A stretch of DNA of 64,000 nt from assembly GCA_951406725.2 (NCBI GenBank), contig OX597827.1, positions 60,388,001-60,452,000 of the forward strand, in the 5' to 3' direction. Shown one piece after another: positions 10,345 through 24,730 of this stretch (the stretch's first letter is position 1; each line of letters opens with the position of its first letter). The position numbers were made by a program, and so were the translations under genes. This stretch comes from Octopus vulgaris. Taxonomy: Eukaryota. The notes under the pieces are model-generated. The model saw only the letters and a program-made list of their open reading frames with translations. It searched no databases and was not told the DNA's origin.

Positions 10345-12290
10345 AAGCTGTGAAATATGTGGCAAATATTTCTATGTGAATTCTAACCTTGTAATCCACA
10401 AACGTATACACAATGGAGAGAAGAAAAAAAATACAAAAAAAAAAAAACAGGTTTTAAATAAATAAAAAGAAAAAAAAATTAATTAACAGTCATTGTGAAA
10501 CCTATGTAGGATTTCAATGTCTGAGAACTGTCCACTTGAAACAGGTGGAAAATCATTCTTTGATAATTTTAAAACTTGTAGTAGACAAACGAGTACAGAG
10601 TACAGAATCTTTTAGTGAAGGCTGAGTAGCCTCATTACTCAGAGAGATACACAGAGCAACAAAATCTTACTGCTGTGATATTTCTGGACAATTGTACTGA
10701 CTCAAAAGAGGTTGATGCTACAGAACAGTAAAACAATTGACTCGAGTAAGATTTCTCGATAAAAATATGAACTACAAAAACCTCTCTCTTTCTGTCCATA
10801 TAAGTATTTGCACTCTAAATATAAAAAGGACATTTATCTGTGCTAAATTTTTGGGTAGTCATGAGTTTAAAATTTTGCCTCAACAATTCACATTTGAGTC
10901 ACAGAGCCAGTGAAAAACCTTATTACTGTGATATTTGTGGAAAATCATTTTGCTACTTTTTGTGGGTCTTTTGGTTAATGTCACAAAGACATGTCAGGAA
11001 TATGCCTTACGTTAACCAGATAAATTTCAAAGAGTTTTCAAAGAAATATTCATGTAAAGTTGTAAGAAATGCTACACCAATATGTCATACTAAACAGACA
11101 GATAATAAAAACAGGCATAAGGTTCATTTCAAAGAAATATTCTTGTAAACTTATGAAAAATGCTACAACAAAATGTTATGTTAGGTAGACATAAGCTTCA
11201 TTTCAAAGAAATGTTCGTGAAAAGTTTTAAGAAATGCTTCACCAAAATGTCACATTAGGTACACAGATAATAAAAACAGGCATAAAGTTCATTTCAACTA
11301 AATATTCTTGTAAACTTGTGAAAAATGCTACACCAAAATGTTATATTAGGTAGACATAAGTTTCATTTCAAAGAAATATTCACGTAAAGTTATAAGAAAT
11401 GCTACACCAAAATGTTATATTAGGTAGACAGACATAAGGTTAATTTTGGTTGGGTTCCTGTTTTTATAACTTCGTCAGAGAAGCCAGGTAGTGTCTATGA
11501 CCCTTGCAGGCTCTAAAACACAACAACACTGTGGAATGTGTGGTAAAACATTATCTAAACAAAAACCATTCACTTTACACAGAAAAATTCATTGTTGTTG
11601 CAGTCAGGTTTGTGAAAATTTCAATTTTTTTTTTAATATTTTAATTCTCTCTAAACAGCGGTACTTCAGGAAAAAAAAAACATTATGGTACACATTGGAG
11701 GAAAGCCCCATCATTGTGAAATTTGTGGGAAATCTTCTCTGAATATTCAACACTTGTGAATCCTAAATGTGTCTGCATTCAAGAAAATCCCTACCACTGT
11801 GAAATTTGTGGAAAATATTTTGCCGGAAATAGTTATTTAAAGAAATATGAAAATTCACATTACAGAAAAATCTTATCACTGTGAGCTCTATGGTAAATCC
11901 TTGAAGACATTAAACTTGTAGTCCTCACACATATTTGTAGGATGAATCTGTATCACTGTGTAATGTGAGGAATTATTATCTGTCTGTGAATTCTTGCTTT
12001 CTACTTCATAAACAACGATGCGTTATGAAAGACTTATTTGACAGAAATTTTACTTCAGTGCCTACAATTTATACAGCAAGAGTACATTAATGCATGATTT
12101 GTGGTGCAAAGTAATTATACTCAATGACATATAAGAGTGCTGACTGTAATATCTGCATTAAATACTTTTGACAGAAATTTGGCAGAGAGACAAAAATAAA
12201 TATATTCAAAGGATAGAAAAACCTGTTCAGTTTAATTTTCATAGCAAAACTGTCATAGGAAAATTTTCATTGATATAACATGAAAAGGTT
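10345..12290 (+). pseudogene. Decayed C2H2 zinc-finger array
   Basis: Fragments CEICGKYFYVNSNLVIHKRIHNGEK, SEKPYYCDICGKSF, HCGMCGKT, HCEICGKS and YHCEICGKYF, broken by stops, frameshifts, a poly-A run and a minisatellite. Confidence 0.85.
11030..11440. repeat. Minisatellite with alternating about 91/73-bp units
   Basis: A tttcaaagaaatattc-like anchor recurs near 11036, 11127, 11200, 11292 and 11366. Confidence 0.85.
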
Positions 12291-12572
12291 CACAAATTTA
12301 ATAAAAGTTTATTGAAGAAGAAAAAGATTGTGAAACAATCATTTCTTACAGCTTCATTTCTTATAGCCAAAATTGAAGATCTTTGGACAGAAAAAAAATT
12401 ATCAAAAAGTTCAATGATACGATTTTTAATATTTATCGTGAAAATTTCACTGAGATAATTTTAAAGAAAAAAATAGTCAAGATTTGTTGCTCACAAAATT
12501 TGGACAAGACAGCTTACCAGATATACTCTTGAAGAGGTAAATATTTTTACATTTTTATGTAACGCCATGGAG

Positions 12573-15500
12573 CAATGCTTCTTAAACTGGAGAATAGTTC
12601 ATTCAAGAATGGATGAAACTAAGATGAATGAATGATGAATGATAATTTACTCAGACAATATTTTTTCTATTTTTGCTATACTTAACCTGTAACTTCATCT
12701 ACTTTAATGCCAGAAGCATAACTTTATATATTTATCATCATGATCATCATTTAGCATCTGTACTTCATGCTGGCAGGGATTGGACCTGATACATATGTAT
12801 TAATCAAGAATGAATTCTGTCTACACTCAGGAGACTCGAGTTCCATTTTTTTAAGTAATCTGAAGGTAGACTATGCCATTTTCTTGTGGTAACATTCTGT
12901 ATTTGCTACTGTAATCAACTTCAGTATTTTGTGAATTTTGATTTAATAAACCACTACTGCTGGAGACAAAACCAGGATAGCATTGGAACAGCACATGGAT
13001 CATTATTTCCAAACATTAAGGTCAGTGTATCCAATATTTTAGTTACGGCTGTAAAATCCATATCCATTATTTCACTTGCTCCGTGGGATAGTTGGTGATT
13101 TATTGGATTTGTAATTACTTCAAATAGTGTCACAAAATGATACTCTTTATTTCAGGGGTAAGTGATGCATTAAAAAAAATGCCAGTATTGTTCTTCATTA
13201 TCACCTCTTTATTTGCTTATTTGCAATATTCATACCAGTTGACCATATATTTTTGAAGATTTCTTAAACACTTCTACATAGACTTGAATTTGCTGAGGAT
13301 GATCTTTTACCATTTTTCTTGCTGGCAGATTAAAACATTGTCTTTGTTGAAGTATCTAAAGAAACTAGCTGTAAAGGAAGAACGGGCAAAAGGAAACAGA
13401 TCAGTAACAAGAGAAAGTGAAACAAACAGCAGTCAGGAGAGGATATGATTAGGAGACATGTCTCTCATGAAAGATAAAGAAACTGCCTGATAACAAGGTA
13501 AACAATGCAGTTATCTGATTACAGGTGATGACTCTGTTAATGATATGAACAAGGGGAAACTTAAACAGAAAAAGAAATACAAGAACCAAAGTACCTCCTT
13601 CTCAAAATTCAAGAAAATTGGAAAAGAGAATATTAAGATTGAATTTTTTCCTTTCTCAAAAGAACCAAACAAGCCATATTCTTTCAGCTTGGTGCAACCA
13701 GCCAGTACCTGGCACCTTCAAAATTAGACCCATTTAAGACAAAAAACAACCTGCAATAATCAAAACAAGTATAGTTTTTCAAAAACCCTCATATTTGTGA
13801 AAGTAGCAAAATTTCTTCCATTCACTGGTAAAGAAGGAATCAATGATTAAAAATGGCTTTACCTTGCCTCTTTCTTCAAGTAGAATATGTAGTCATGAAC
13901 GATAAAAATAATCCATACACAGAAGCTGATAAAGGTGTGAAACCATGTAAGAAAGAAAAGAGAGAAAGTAGTGTAAATTCTTTTAACCAATGACAAAAGA
14001 ACGAGGATATTAATCACGAAAAATATTCAGGAGTCTACAACTGACACAAAAATTTAGACATCAAAGATAGAATCAGATCTGCTAATAACTGCCTTTATTT
14101 ACTGCATCAAAACTCTGGATGAGTTTGCGTCACTTATGCCTCAGAAATAGACAATTTTACTGAGTCATCTGAACAAAGAAGAAATGAAATTGATCATAAA
14201 TGTCCATAAGAATCACAGCAACTCTTGTGGCAGCAAAGAATTACTTGAAAAGATCCTACTTGGATCTTGTCCCCTACAACTGATCTAGGATCAATGACTT
14301 GAAGGCTCAGCTTAATTCTCTTAAGAACAAGACTGAAGATAACCAAAAATACAGTCTGTCAAACAATCCCATTTGTCCTGCAATCTTATCTCATTCCATC
14401 TTCCCTACTTCACTCTCAAATCCTGACACCATGGCTGCCAAAGCCACCACCAAAATAGTGACTGAACATTCCAAAAGAAAGAAGTGGCTTTCATGACCGT
14501 TTGATTGCAGAAGAGAAGACCTGGATTATTACATGATGACGGAATTGTTGGAAGCACCATTTTTTGCTCTGCAGTTTTTATGCTATGAACATTAAGAATG
14601 ATGCCCAAGTTATTGAGCACAGTCGTTTCCCGAACCAAAGCTTAAGAAAAATTGTCAAACATTCTCAATTTTGCTTGTAAGTCAGAGACAAAATTATAGA
14701 TGAATTTATTTTCTCCAAGCTTCATGAATTCATAGGAAATGGAGATTTTTCTCAGAGGAAATGTATTGCCATGACAACAGATGATGCAACAGCCATGATG
14801 ACTCAGTAATAGCAAATAATACTACTATAACTGAATGCCGATTAGACAATATTTGATAAGAATTCCACAGAATAATCACTGTTACCTAGTGCTCCGAGTA
14901 GCAGTGAGTGCTAGTCATAGAAGCTGTAAAAGTTTCATATATTCAGTGACCTGTTTGGTACAGCAGTGAAGAAAAAGAGAATGTCATCCACCAAGCACCG
15001 GTGGTTTCCTCTGAACAATTATACAAAGAACAATGAGACAAGATGCATCAATGAACTCATAGAAACCAAAAGTGAGTTTACTGTGGTCGCAAGGAGAGAT
15101 TGGACAGTCTGGAACATGCATCTCTAGGATTTCACAAATGCTGAAGTCCAAAAATATTTTATTTTGTTAGTCAGGAGTATGTTGTCCAGGATAACAGAAA
15201 TGAAAGACTAATGATACATATTGTACAAAGTCAAGAATCCGTTTTATGATTGAGTTCATTTTATATTCAGTGCCATTATCACATCCTCAGAATCTAAATA
15301 TCATTGTCTTGAACCAAACTCCTTTATTACTATATAAAACAAACAGAATTCAGTGTGTTGATTCAGGCTAATTCTTATCAAAAACAGCACCAGTGTCTGT
15401 CATTCATTCATTCATCAATAGGGAATATGGCTTAAACTTCTTGTCAGGTTTCACTTCATCATATATTTAAAAATCAATGAAAATATTAACAAAACTGGTA

Positions 15501-17320
15501 TCTTATGAATGTTCATTACTATGTTTCACTTTATTCATGTTCTAGATATCACTAAAGTTCATGATGTGACCTGCACATAAAGGATCATAGATTAAGAGAT
15601 TTCAGCACCAGATGCTTTGTAAAATCTACTGACATTTTATCTATCATGTCACCAACAAGAACGTGTGTAATTATAAAGAATAGGGAAAATATTTTTACCC
15701 AAAAAAACTAAAGTACAATGAAGTGCTTTCCCATAATACATGCCAATAGTATTTGGAAACTGCACACCAGACACAACCAAGTTGTGATTTGTTATATAGG
15801 ATATTGATTATCTGAAAAGATAGGTGCAACACAAATTAATGGAACACCATCAGAACAGAAATCCTGTTATGAAAGATCAAAATCGTATCAAAGAAAAATC
15901 CCAAAATTGTCCCACTGTACACTGTTGTTTACATCAGGAAACATCAGCTGACAAGAAATTGGGCATTTGTAGCTATGGCCAGAAATTGAAAGCACTGTTG
16001 CAAAATGTGGTGAAAATAGTCAATTCTATTATTCACCTACAAGCAAAAGAATTTCAACTGTTTTCAGAGCTATAAAGAGAATATCTCCACAGATCAAGAT
16101 TCTTCTCTTGTATTCTGAAGTTCAGTGGTTGTTACATGGAAGAGTCCTTGATAAAATGAAATGTTTGTACATTTTACTAGGCAAAGTAACAAGAAGGCAA
16201 GGCTTCACAATGATGATTTTTTTTTTTTTTAGCTGACCAAACTGTGTTACATGACTTTTGCTTTTTGAATATTTGAATCAGTTCACTTGTCACTTCAAGG
16301 TAAAAAAAAAAAAAAGGTAACAACTTCAATGCCCTTGGGAAAGGAGAAGATACCATGAAAATCAAACATATGCCATAGCAATGTTCAGAAGGTAATTTCT
16401 CACATTTTGAAGTTTTTCAAAGAGAATAAGTGGGAAAGAAAAACACACTGATCTGGAGAAAACACTGAGGGATAGCATTTTTGGTTATCAGAAGGACTTG
16501 AAGAAATCAGATCCATTTATCACCAACATTAAGTAGCAGATTTGGTGAACATATTAGAAGTGTTGATGGAGTTTCAGTATAACTTCAGTCATAAATCATC
16601 TTCTGAGATGTACTCCTACTGTGAAGACTATCAGCTGTTGGATAACTTGTTTTCCCTTCAATACACATCAACTGACTTGAAGGTCCTCCACCATTGGCAA
16701 TAATGGCAATTTTTTTCCTGCTGAATGAGGATTTTCAACATTGGTAAGATTGCAAAAAAGAGAGAGAGAGAGAGAGAGAACAGAATTCATTTCAGGCTGT
16801 TGATCCAATAATGTGAGTTGCTTTGGAAAAGAAACAATCTCAGAGAAACTTGGTAGCAGAATACAGGAATATCCTAGTTATTGGTGATAAAAAATATACA
16901 TGTAAGTCTGGGTATAAGTCAACTGCTTGTCATTTATTTCTGATAAGCATACACAAGAAGGAAAAAAAACATTGATTCTAAGAATCTAATTCTAAATTCT
17001 AAAATTGTTGATTACTAATTTTATATAAAGTAGAAAAAAATTTTCATAATTTTTCCATCCTTAAATTTTTATCACTCTGATGAATTTTCTTTATACATTT
17101 TTAGGATGTCCAAGAAGTTGAATAATTAAACTTAAGATGAATTAATTTGTTTTTTGCTCATGTGAGAAAATCAATTATAATTAAATAAAAATTATACAAT
17201 GGAGTAAGATGAAAATTACTAAAAAGAAAAATAAACATGAGAAAATTTAGTTGTGGGTGAATGAAATTTCATGATAAGGACTCATACATGAATGACACAA
17301 AAATAGTTTAAGAAGCACTG
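12573..17320 (+). mobile_element. Degenerate hAT (Buster/Charlie-like) transposon
   Basis: TIRs caatgcttcttaaact and agtttaagaagcactg. Transposase remnants: CIAMTTDDATAM (about 14762), HCCLHQE (about 15920), LLLYSEVQWL (about 16102) and GFSTL (about 16729). Confidence 0.7.
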
Positions 17321-20300
17321 CTATAGCACAAGAGTTAAGCTGCTGGTGAACTGAATCAAAAGGACCAAATTCAATTCCTTTTTAAAGCGAATTTAGTTGT
17401 AAGTTAATGAAATTTTAAGATGAAGACTAGAGGGTGAATAACACAGAAATAGTTTAAACAACACTGCTATAGAGCAAATGTTTAACCACATTCAATTCCA
17501 ATCTGAAGCAAATTCATTTTTGCCACTCATGAATTGATGATTATTTTACTGAATAAGAAATTTCTATTTCCATGTTCCCCTTAGATTCCCCAGTACCAAT
17601 AAGCACATTGCTGTGTTCCTCTATTACAGCAGATTTTATAAAATGATCGGATGGTATTAAGTTATTAAGTGTCTCTATTTTAACAAATTACCAATGGTTT
17701 TTCAGTGACACTTAGCATACACCACCATTAAACAAATTAAAAAAAGAGCTTTAGCAAGTCAATGAGGGCATTTGACTTGTCAGAAATTAAACTTCTCCCA
17801 AACTACATTCCACTGTCTTAAAAAGGAAAAAAAAAAAAAAAAAAACGGAATGGGTACATTAGAAAACATGATCCTGTATTAACCCTAGACAGATGGAATG
17901 ATTGTGGTTGGAATGTTTTTGATCACTGGTGCACTTAATCAAGAGTGAACTGGATGCTAATCAACAGTAAGACAAGATCTTTGGTTTGTTTGTTACACTT
18001 TATAAAAAAGGTAATTTATCAAAAGCATTCCATCTTTTATGTTGTATTTTAAGATAGCAGTCACCATGAACTATCCATAGATTGTGGATATAGTTTGTGC
18101 TGCTTTTTAACTTGAAGGGCTTAATTAGTCATATTAACCCCTGGTACTTATTTTATCAAACTCTAATTGTCAAACCGCAAAATTACAGTAGTAAAAAAAA
18201 GACACAAATAGACACCAGCACCAGTTTTCAAACCAGTGTAAACATAATCACAGACAAGGACACAAACACATACATCTACGACAGGCTTCTCCACAAGATA
18301 TTGGTCAACCAGAGACTTGCTCATGGTGCCATGCATGAAACCATGGGGTAATAATTACATTTTTCATTATTTTTTTTTTTGTTGGCAATCAGCAGTTTTG
18401 AAATATTTTCAAAGCAGAAGATAACAAATCCAAATTTTCTTTCTTTTTTTTTTTCTTTTCTGCAGGAATTCAAGTATAAAATAAAATGTCAATGCAAACC
18501 AGTATTTCTGTTTTCTGTATTTGGTGACATGTCAGCATGAGAATATCACCAAACTGTTCGTTCTTTACTGCAGAATATCATTAAAAAAAATGTTTTTGTT
18601 CATTTTTGCAATACATATAGAAGTTTCCAGAAAAGAAAGATTTGATTAATAATACTAGGATGAATATATATGGAAGGATTCATTAAATTGGTGGTTATTC
18701 AATGGAAATAAGCAGGAAGGAATGAGTTCATTTATAATAAATGCGTGAGGCATGAACAGTAATATAATAATTTCATAAAATAAAATGTCATCTTTAAATT
18801 ACAGTATATACATCATGTTTATAAACATATACAAAAAGAAAAAAAAAAGAGAGGGATAAAAAGAGATACTACAGAATATTTTGAAGATACACTCTTAATA
18901 AAGACACATTAAACATTAAATTCTTCCATTTGTGCATAGAACATAGTTTAAAGAAGTGATTTTCAAAACACAAAATCACACATCTCATGATATAAATTTC
19001 CACATTTTGTTATGGTAGTATATTTGAAAAACTGTACAGTTGGATATATAACGTGAATTATCAAAGCAATACATCATGTCACCAGTCTGTAAGAGTTTGC
19101 AAAGGTGGTGGACACAGTCTCTTTTTCCTTTGACTAACTTATAAAAAAAAAAAATCAAAATATCATAATGATGTATAGGATATTAGTTATATATCATAGA
19201 AAATATCATTGAGATATACTGTAAAAAATACAGAAATGAGAATAGTGTATTAAACTAGTATTAAGTGAATGACAATTTACATAATGCAAATTAAATGGAA
19301 CAGTTTATCAGAAATATATTACATCATATAATTTGAGGAGATGGAATGGTAGGGACTGCCCTATTGTGTAATTAAAAACAATTGCCTGATAATTAGAGAC
19401 ACAAGATGCATGTCTAGAAAGCCTGTCTTTCCTGTTTCAAATTGCTGCTCATAACAGCCAATGTCTAGCTGTTTATATCTTATCAGCAACTAATGTAATT
19501 CATCTGTGGCCAAGATGATTAATTCATAACAGCTCAGTCCACCTTGCTGTGGTAACTTAAATAGTTACTATAGCAAGGTGAAACAGCCTACAGTTGTAAG
19601 CATCAGGTTTTTCTTATTTCTGTTAATTTGCAGTGCAGATTTAACATCCTCCTATGGGGTATAGGATATTTAGGAATGGGCTGTTAGGATGACTTATCCT
19701 AAAACACTAGATGAAAACAAAATGCCCCTACAACCTGATGGCTTATGGGACTCCCCACTTACCTCTATATCACCATCACCTGAGGAAAATCAATCAATCA
19801 ATATTATATTTATCTTCTGGCCTGGTATTTTGGGTGGTAGACACAATCCATTGTCCAATTTAACACAAACCCTTGGCTATCAAGTCCCTTTAGCAGATTC
19901 CACTCTGTTGCGAGCATTTGGGCCAGGTCTCCTGTCTAAGGATAACCTCCTCGTTCACCAGTTTCAGAAGCCATGGGCAATGCCCTTCCTCCCCTGACTA
20001 AATTATTCAAAAAACAAAAAAAAAATGGAAAAAAAAATCATAATGATTACATGAGCGTGCAGCAAAATGAGTTAAGATGCCCAATTAGGTGACTTCATTT
20101 ATTAAATAAATGCCACAGGACAAAACACAAATATCACAACATCTTATTGCCTTTAAACAAAACAGATCTATATATCTAAATAGATAAATTTTGTGGTGAA
20201 AATAAAGTCAGTCAAGATTGCAACTCAAGTCCAGTCCCTGGCTGTAGCCATTTGCCCACCATTTTAAGCCAACTAATACCATTAAAGGTCATGAGCCATG

Positions 20301-20364
20301 TGTATACAGGTATTTGTGCTTATTCAAATGAAAACAACATTTATCTCATTAGGATTAATGAAGA

Positions 20365-20500
20365 AGTGTTAGGAAGGGCATCCAGCTACAGAAACCAAGC
20401 CAAATCAGGCTGAAACCTGGTGCAGACTTCCAGCTCTGGTCAAACTGTCCAACCCATGCCAGCATGGAAAACGGACATTAAAAAATGATGATGATGATGC
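20365..20500 (+). mobile_element. RTE LINE 3' end with (GAT)n tail
   Basis: ttaggaagggcatccagc...catggaaaacggac followed by gatgatgat. Confidence 0.7.
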
Positions 20501-23239
20501 CGGCGATGAAATATTTCTTTCAGCATTTCTTGTTAAAAAGCAGGAGGTATTTAAGCAAGAGTTAAATGTTTTTTTTTTATTTTAACAATCTGAAAGCAAA
20601 AGACATCTAACCATAATTCACATTCAATCGCTCATGAAAAGCAAGTGAAGACTGCAATATAAGGGCAGTACTTTTTTGTGTCTATTTGACTTTCATTTTT
20701 TACACTAATATTTTGGGGCAAGTAGTGAAACTCACTCCATCATATTTTAATTCCTCCATAAGTTTAAGGGCATTTCATCATTGATATCAGCTTATAATTT
20801 ATCTCGAGCCTCAACTTAAATCACACCCTAACATGTTAAAAAAAGACACATTGGACCATGAAGACAGAGATATTCAATGCCAGGAAACCTGACAGGATGG
20901 TTATGGAATGCCTTTGATTATCAGTCTGCTCAACAAAAGGTAACTAGGGCTCAAGAACAACTAAATGCATTACAGGGTTTAGATCCAGGCACCAGTTTCA
21001 ATTTTAATTTTGCTATTAATTCTCTCAGGGTCAATAAAATAAGTAATAGTTATTACACCAGAAATGGCTACATTTTTTTCCTTTTTCATCAACTGACCCC
21101 ACCAAAAAAAATCAATATTTAACCCTTTTATTACCCAACTGATGTTGCAATACATTGACCTTTATTTCAATTAAATTTGAAATTAACAAATTTAGTAAAA
21201 TAATTTGTCGTCATTAAGTTGGTGTTTAGGACACCAACCTTTTTGAAATTTTGACAGATTTTAATTCTGAACACTTTAAAACACAAAATGATGCATCATA
21301 AAAGGGTAGAATGAAGCAGGTTCTTCCTGTGTGAACTATTCAGTTATAACAGTACAGAACATGTAGACAAACACAGGAGACCATCATGTGGCTCATAAAA
21401 TTTCATGCTCCATACATTCACAATTATTTCAACAAAGGAGCTATTAGTCTGTGTCGCACAACCAATGAGAAACAGCAGCCAAATTGCTCTCAAATAACAC
21501 TCCTTTGAAATCACACTTTGGACAAATGTAGTCACTTGTGCACAAAAAGGCAGGTTGATAACAACAGCAATGCATTTGTATGATCAGAATTAACTCGAGA
21601 CTAAGCATTTCAAACTTGACCAAACGAATATAGCCATCAGTTGTATAGTCAATGGCTCATACTCAACCATCCTTCCCCTAAGAAACATTTTTAAGTATGC
21701 TTTAGGTGGATAAGATATTGGATATCCTTCTCTTTGATTGTGCCTATGATCATAACACTTTATTCTGCATTTCTTCAGTCTCCTTAGCTGTTGAGAATAA
21801 GTACTCATTAATCTAAGTATGTTCAACTTCAAACCAGAAGCCATATTCGGTCTAGATTTTGGTTCTGATTATAGACTTCATAAGATGGCCAATTTGTATC
21901 ATAAACTATTTCATAAGGCAATGGTTAAGTCTCTATACAATTACTCAACCTGCTAGAAATAGCAGCCAAATTCCAGCTTAAATCATACCCAACTGTTTTT
22001 ATGTATAGAAATTATATATATATATATAATTTTAACATCCACTTTTCCATGCTTGCATAGGTTAGAAGGAATTTGGCAAGGCAGATTTTCTATGGTCGGA
22101 TACCCTTCCTGTCACCAATTCTCACCTCTTTCCAAACAAGGTAATATTTGCCTATCACCAGAGGTGTTTCCATAGCAGGTTGGAAATGAAGGACACACTC
22201 AGTATGATGATGACACTCATTTACAACTATCAATGTGGTGCCTAGACTAGGGAACATACACATGACAAGTTTCCTTCAGTTTCCAGCTACCACATCTACA
22301 CCCAAGGCTTTGATCAGTCCACAGTTATAATAGAAGACACTTGCCCAAGGTGACACACAGTGGGACTGTATACAAAACCACCTGATTGGAAAGCACACAG
22401 CCAACCCTACACTTATTTACACAATATAAATATAGCGTGTATGTGATGGTGGGGAGGAATGTATATATCATGTGTAAGTGCATTGCTAAATGATTTACTG
22501 GGTTGATTTATATAGTGGTCTCCTGCATAAATATGCAGTTTGAAATATTTAAATACGAGGTGAAAAGATGCTGTGACATTCATGCCTTTTTAAGGCCATT
22601 TTCCAGTTTAAATGAATGAAGTGGTTCCAGAAAGGAACAGAAACCATATTGTGAATTCTACAATAACTCACTGTAACACTTGCCGCTACACTCATGTAAT
22701 GATAGAAATTCCTTAATATTTGACTCCCTGATTATTCATGTCCATCCTTGGGTTTTTTCTATCATAACTTCAACATTATCTGCCAGTCACCAAATAGCCA
22801 TACTACTCAAAATTCAAAAAAGTCTCAGAAGTTTCTTTCAGTCTTGTTATATTCATAAATTCAATAATGGCATTTCAATATTCCATCTTGTGTGCAAAAA
22901 AAAAAAAATCTTTGTGATTAGGAATTGCTGTGTCATTCTTGAATGTTTTGCCTTATGTTTCCTTCTTTAGAACTTCAAAGTGACCATCTATTAGTAGAAC
23001 AATTTAATTGGGTGACCTCATCAAGCAATGGACAGGAGAAAAAAAGAAATATCTTACTCAGACAGAAAAGTTTATCCCTTATGTATTTGTGTCCAAATCA
23101 ATCAATTTATATCCAATATATGTCCTCACACACAAAATTAAAAGTTTAAATTCTTTTGATTGCATGTATTTTTGTATGCCAAGAAAAGTTCTTTACTTCA
23201 TCAAATCCTCTGCTTGTAAACCTCATGACAATACGTTCC

Positions 23240-24730
23240 TCAGCCAGTGTGTATTGCTAAATGCTTTACTATATCTGTATATTGAGAAAAGATTTCGCCA
23301 CAAAGTTGACAGGGATAAGGACCATCTGCAGTATGTGTTCTTGTGTGGTCAGATAAAAGGCGTTTTGTTGTGAATGCCTCACCACAAATCTTACATTGAT
23401 AAGGTTTCCCACCATTGTGCATTCGCAAATGTTTTACAAGAATGCTATTTTGGGAAAACGTTTTCTTACAAAACTCACAAACATAGGGCTTTTCTCCAGT
23501 ATGAATTCGTCTGTGTCTTACGAGAACACAGTTTAAAGTAAATGTTTTCTTACAAAACTCACAGGCATATGGCTTTTCCCCTGTATGTATTCGTTTATGC
23601 CTTCCCAGTTCGTTAATTTGAGAGAATCTTTTTTCACAAGTATCACATTTAAATGGTCTCTCTCCTGTGTGTACACGTATATGTCTTTCCAGATCACAAT
23701 TCTGTGAGAACGATTTTCCACAAGTCTCACAGCGATGAGGTTTTATACCCGAGTGGGTCAATTTGTGAATTTTTAAATGGCTGTTCCGAGAAAAGAATTT
23801 CCCACATACATCACAAGGGTAAGGTTTCTCCCCAGAATGTATTCGCTTGTGTCGGTCTCGATCGCTTTTACGAGTGAAGGAATTTCCACAAACATCACAC
23901 TGGAAAATCTTTGCTCTGAAATGTGTTTGTATGTGTCGAGTTAACTTCTTATTAGCGGGAAAAGATTTCCCGCAAATATCACAGGCGTATTGAGGTATAA
24001 GTGAAGATAATGTCGAAACAGGTCCAGAAGCATCCTTGTTACCATCTTTATCTGCCTTGCTTATCTCCCCATGTTTAATGAACGGAGGTAAAAATGAAGA
24101 CAATGATGAAACGGGTCCAGAAGTATCCTTGTCACCATCTTTCTCTGGCTTATTTGTCTCTCCATGTTTAATGTACTGAGGTAAAAGTGAAGACAGTGTT
24201 GAAACAGATTCAGAAGTATCTTTGTTATCATCTTTTTCTCCTTTGTTTAGCTCTCCATGTTTAATATATTGAGGTAAAAGTGAAGTCAATGTTGAAACAG
24301 AATCAGAAATATCCTTCATACTACCTTTCTCTGTTTTATTTCTCTCTCCATGTTTACTGAATTGAGGTAAAAGTGAAGGCGTTGTTGAAACAGATTCACA
24401 AGAATTATTGTTATTATTACCTTTTTCTATTTTGTGCATTCCTCCATGTTTACTGTATTGAGGTAAAAGAGAAGTCAATGTTGAAACAGATTCAGAAATA
24501 TCCTTCATACTACCTTTCTCTGTTTTACTTATCTCTCCACGTTTAATGTATTGAGGTAAAAGTGTAGAGAATGTTGAAACAGGTTCACAAGAATTTTTGT
24601 TGTTACTACCTTTCTGTGTTTTGTGCATCTCTCCATGTTTAATAAACATGTCTTTTGAAGGGGATGTATCCCCACAAACTTCACAAACATAGGAAACCTC
24701 TTTACCCTGTGACTCTTTCTGTTCAGACAT
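23240..24730 (-). CDS. C2H2 zinc-finger protein (1 N-terminal finger plus 9 tandem fingers); paralog B
   Basis: The first in-frame ATG is at 24730 (MSEQKE); the ORF-track start at 24811 is a GTG. Highly similar to 19-1512. Confidence 0.93.
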   Translation of the reverse strand: MSEQKESQGKEVSYVCEVCGDTSPSKDMFIKHGEMHKTQKGSNNKNSCEPVSTFSTLLPQYIKRGEISKTEKGSMKDISESVSTLTSLLPQYSKHGGMHKIEKGNNNNNSCESVSTTPSLLPQFSKHGERNKTEKGSMKDISDSVSTLTSLLPQYIKHGELNKGEKDDNKDTSESVSTLSSLLPQYIKHGETNKPEKDGDKDTSGPVSSLSSFLPPFIKHGEISKADKDGNKDASGPVSTLSSLIPQYACDICGKSFPANKKLTRHIQTHFRAKIFQCDVCGNSFTRKSDRDRHKRIHSGEKPYPCDVCGKFFSRNSHLKIHKLTHSGIKPHRCETCGKSFSQNCDLERHIRVHTGERPFKCDTCEKRFSQINELGRHKRIHTGEKPYACEFCKKTFTLNCVLVRHRRIHTGEKPYVCEFCKKTFSQNSILVKHLRMHNGGKPYQCKICGEAFTTKRLLSDHTRTHTADGPYPCQLCGEIFSQYTDIVKHLAIHTG

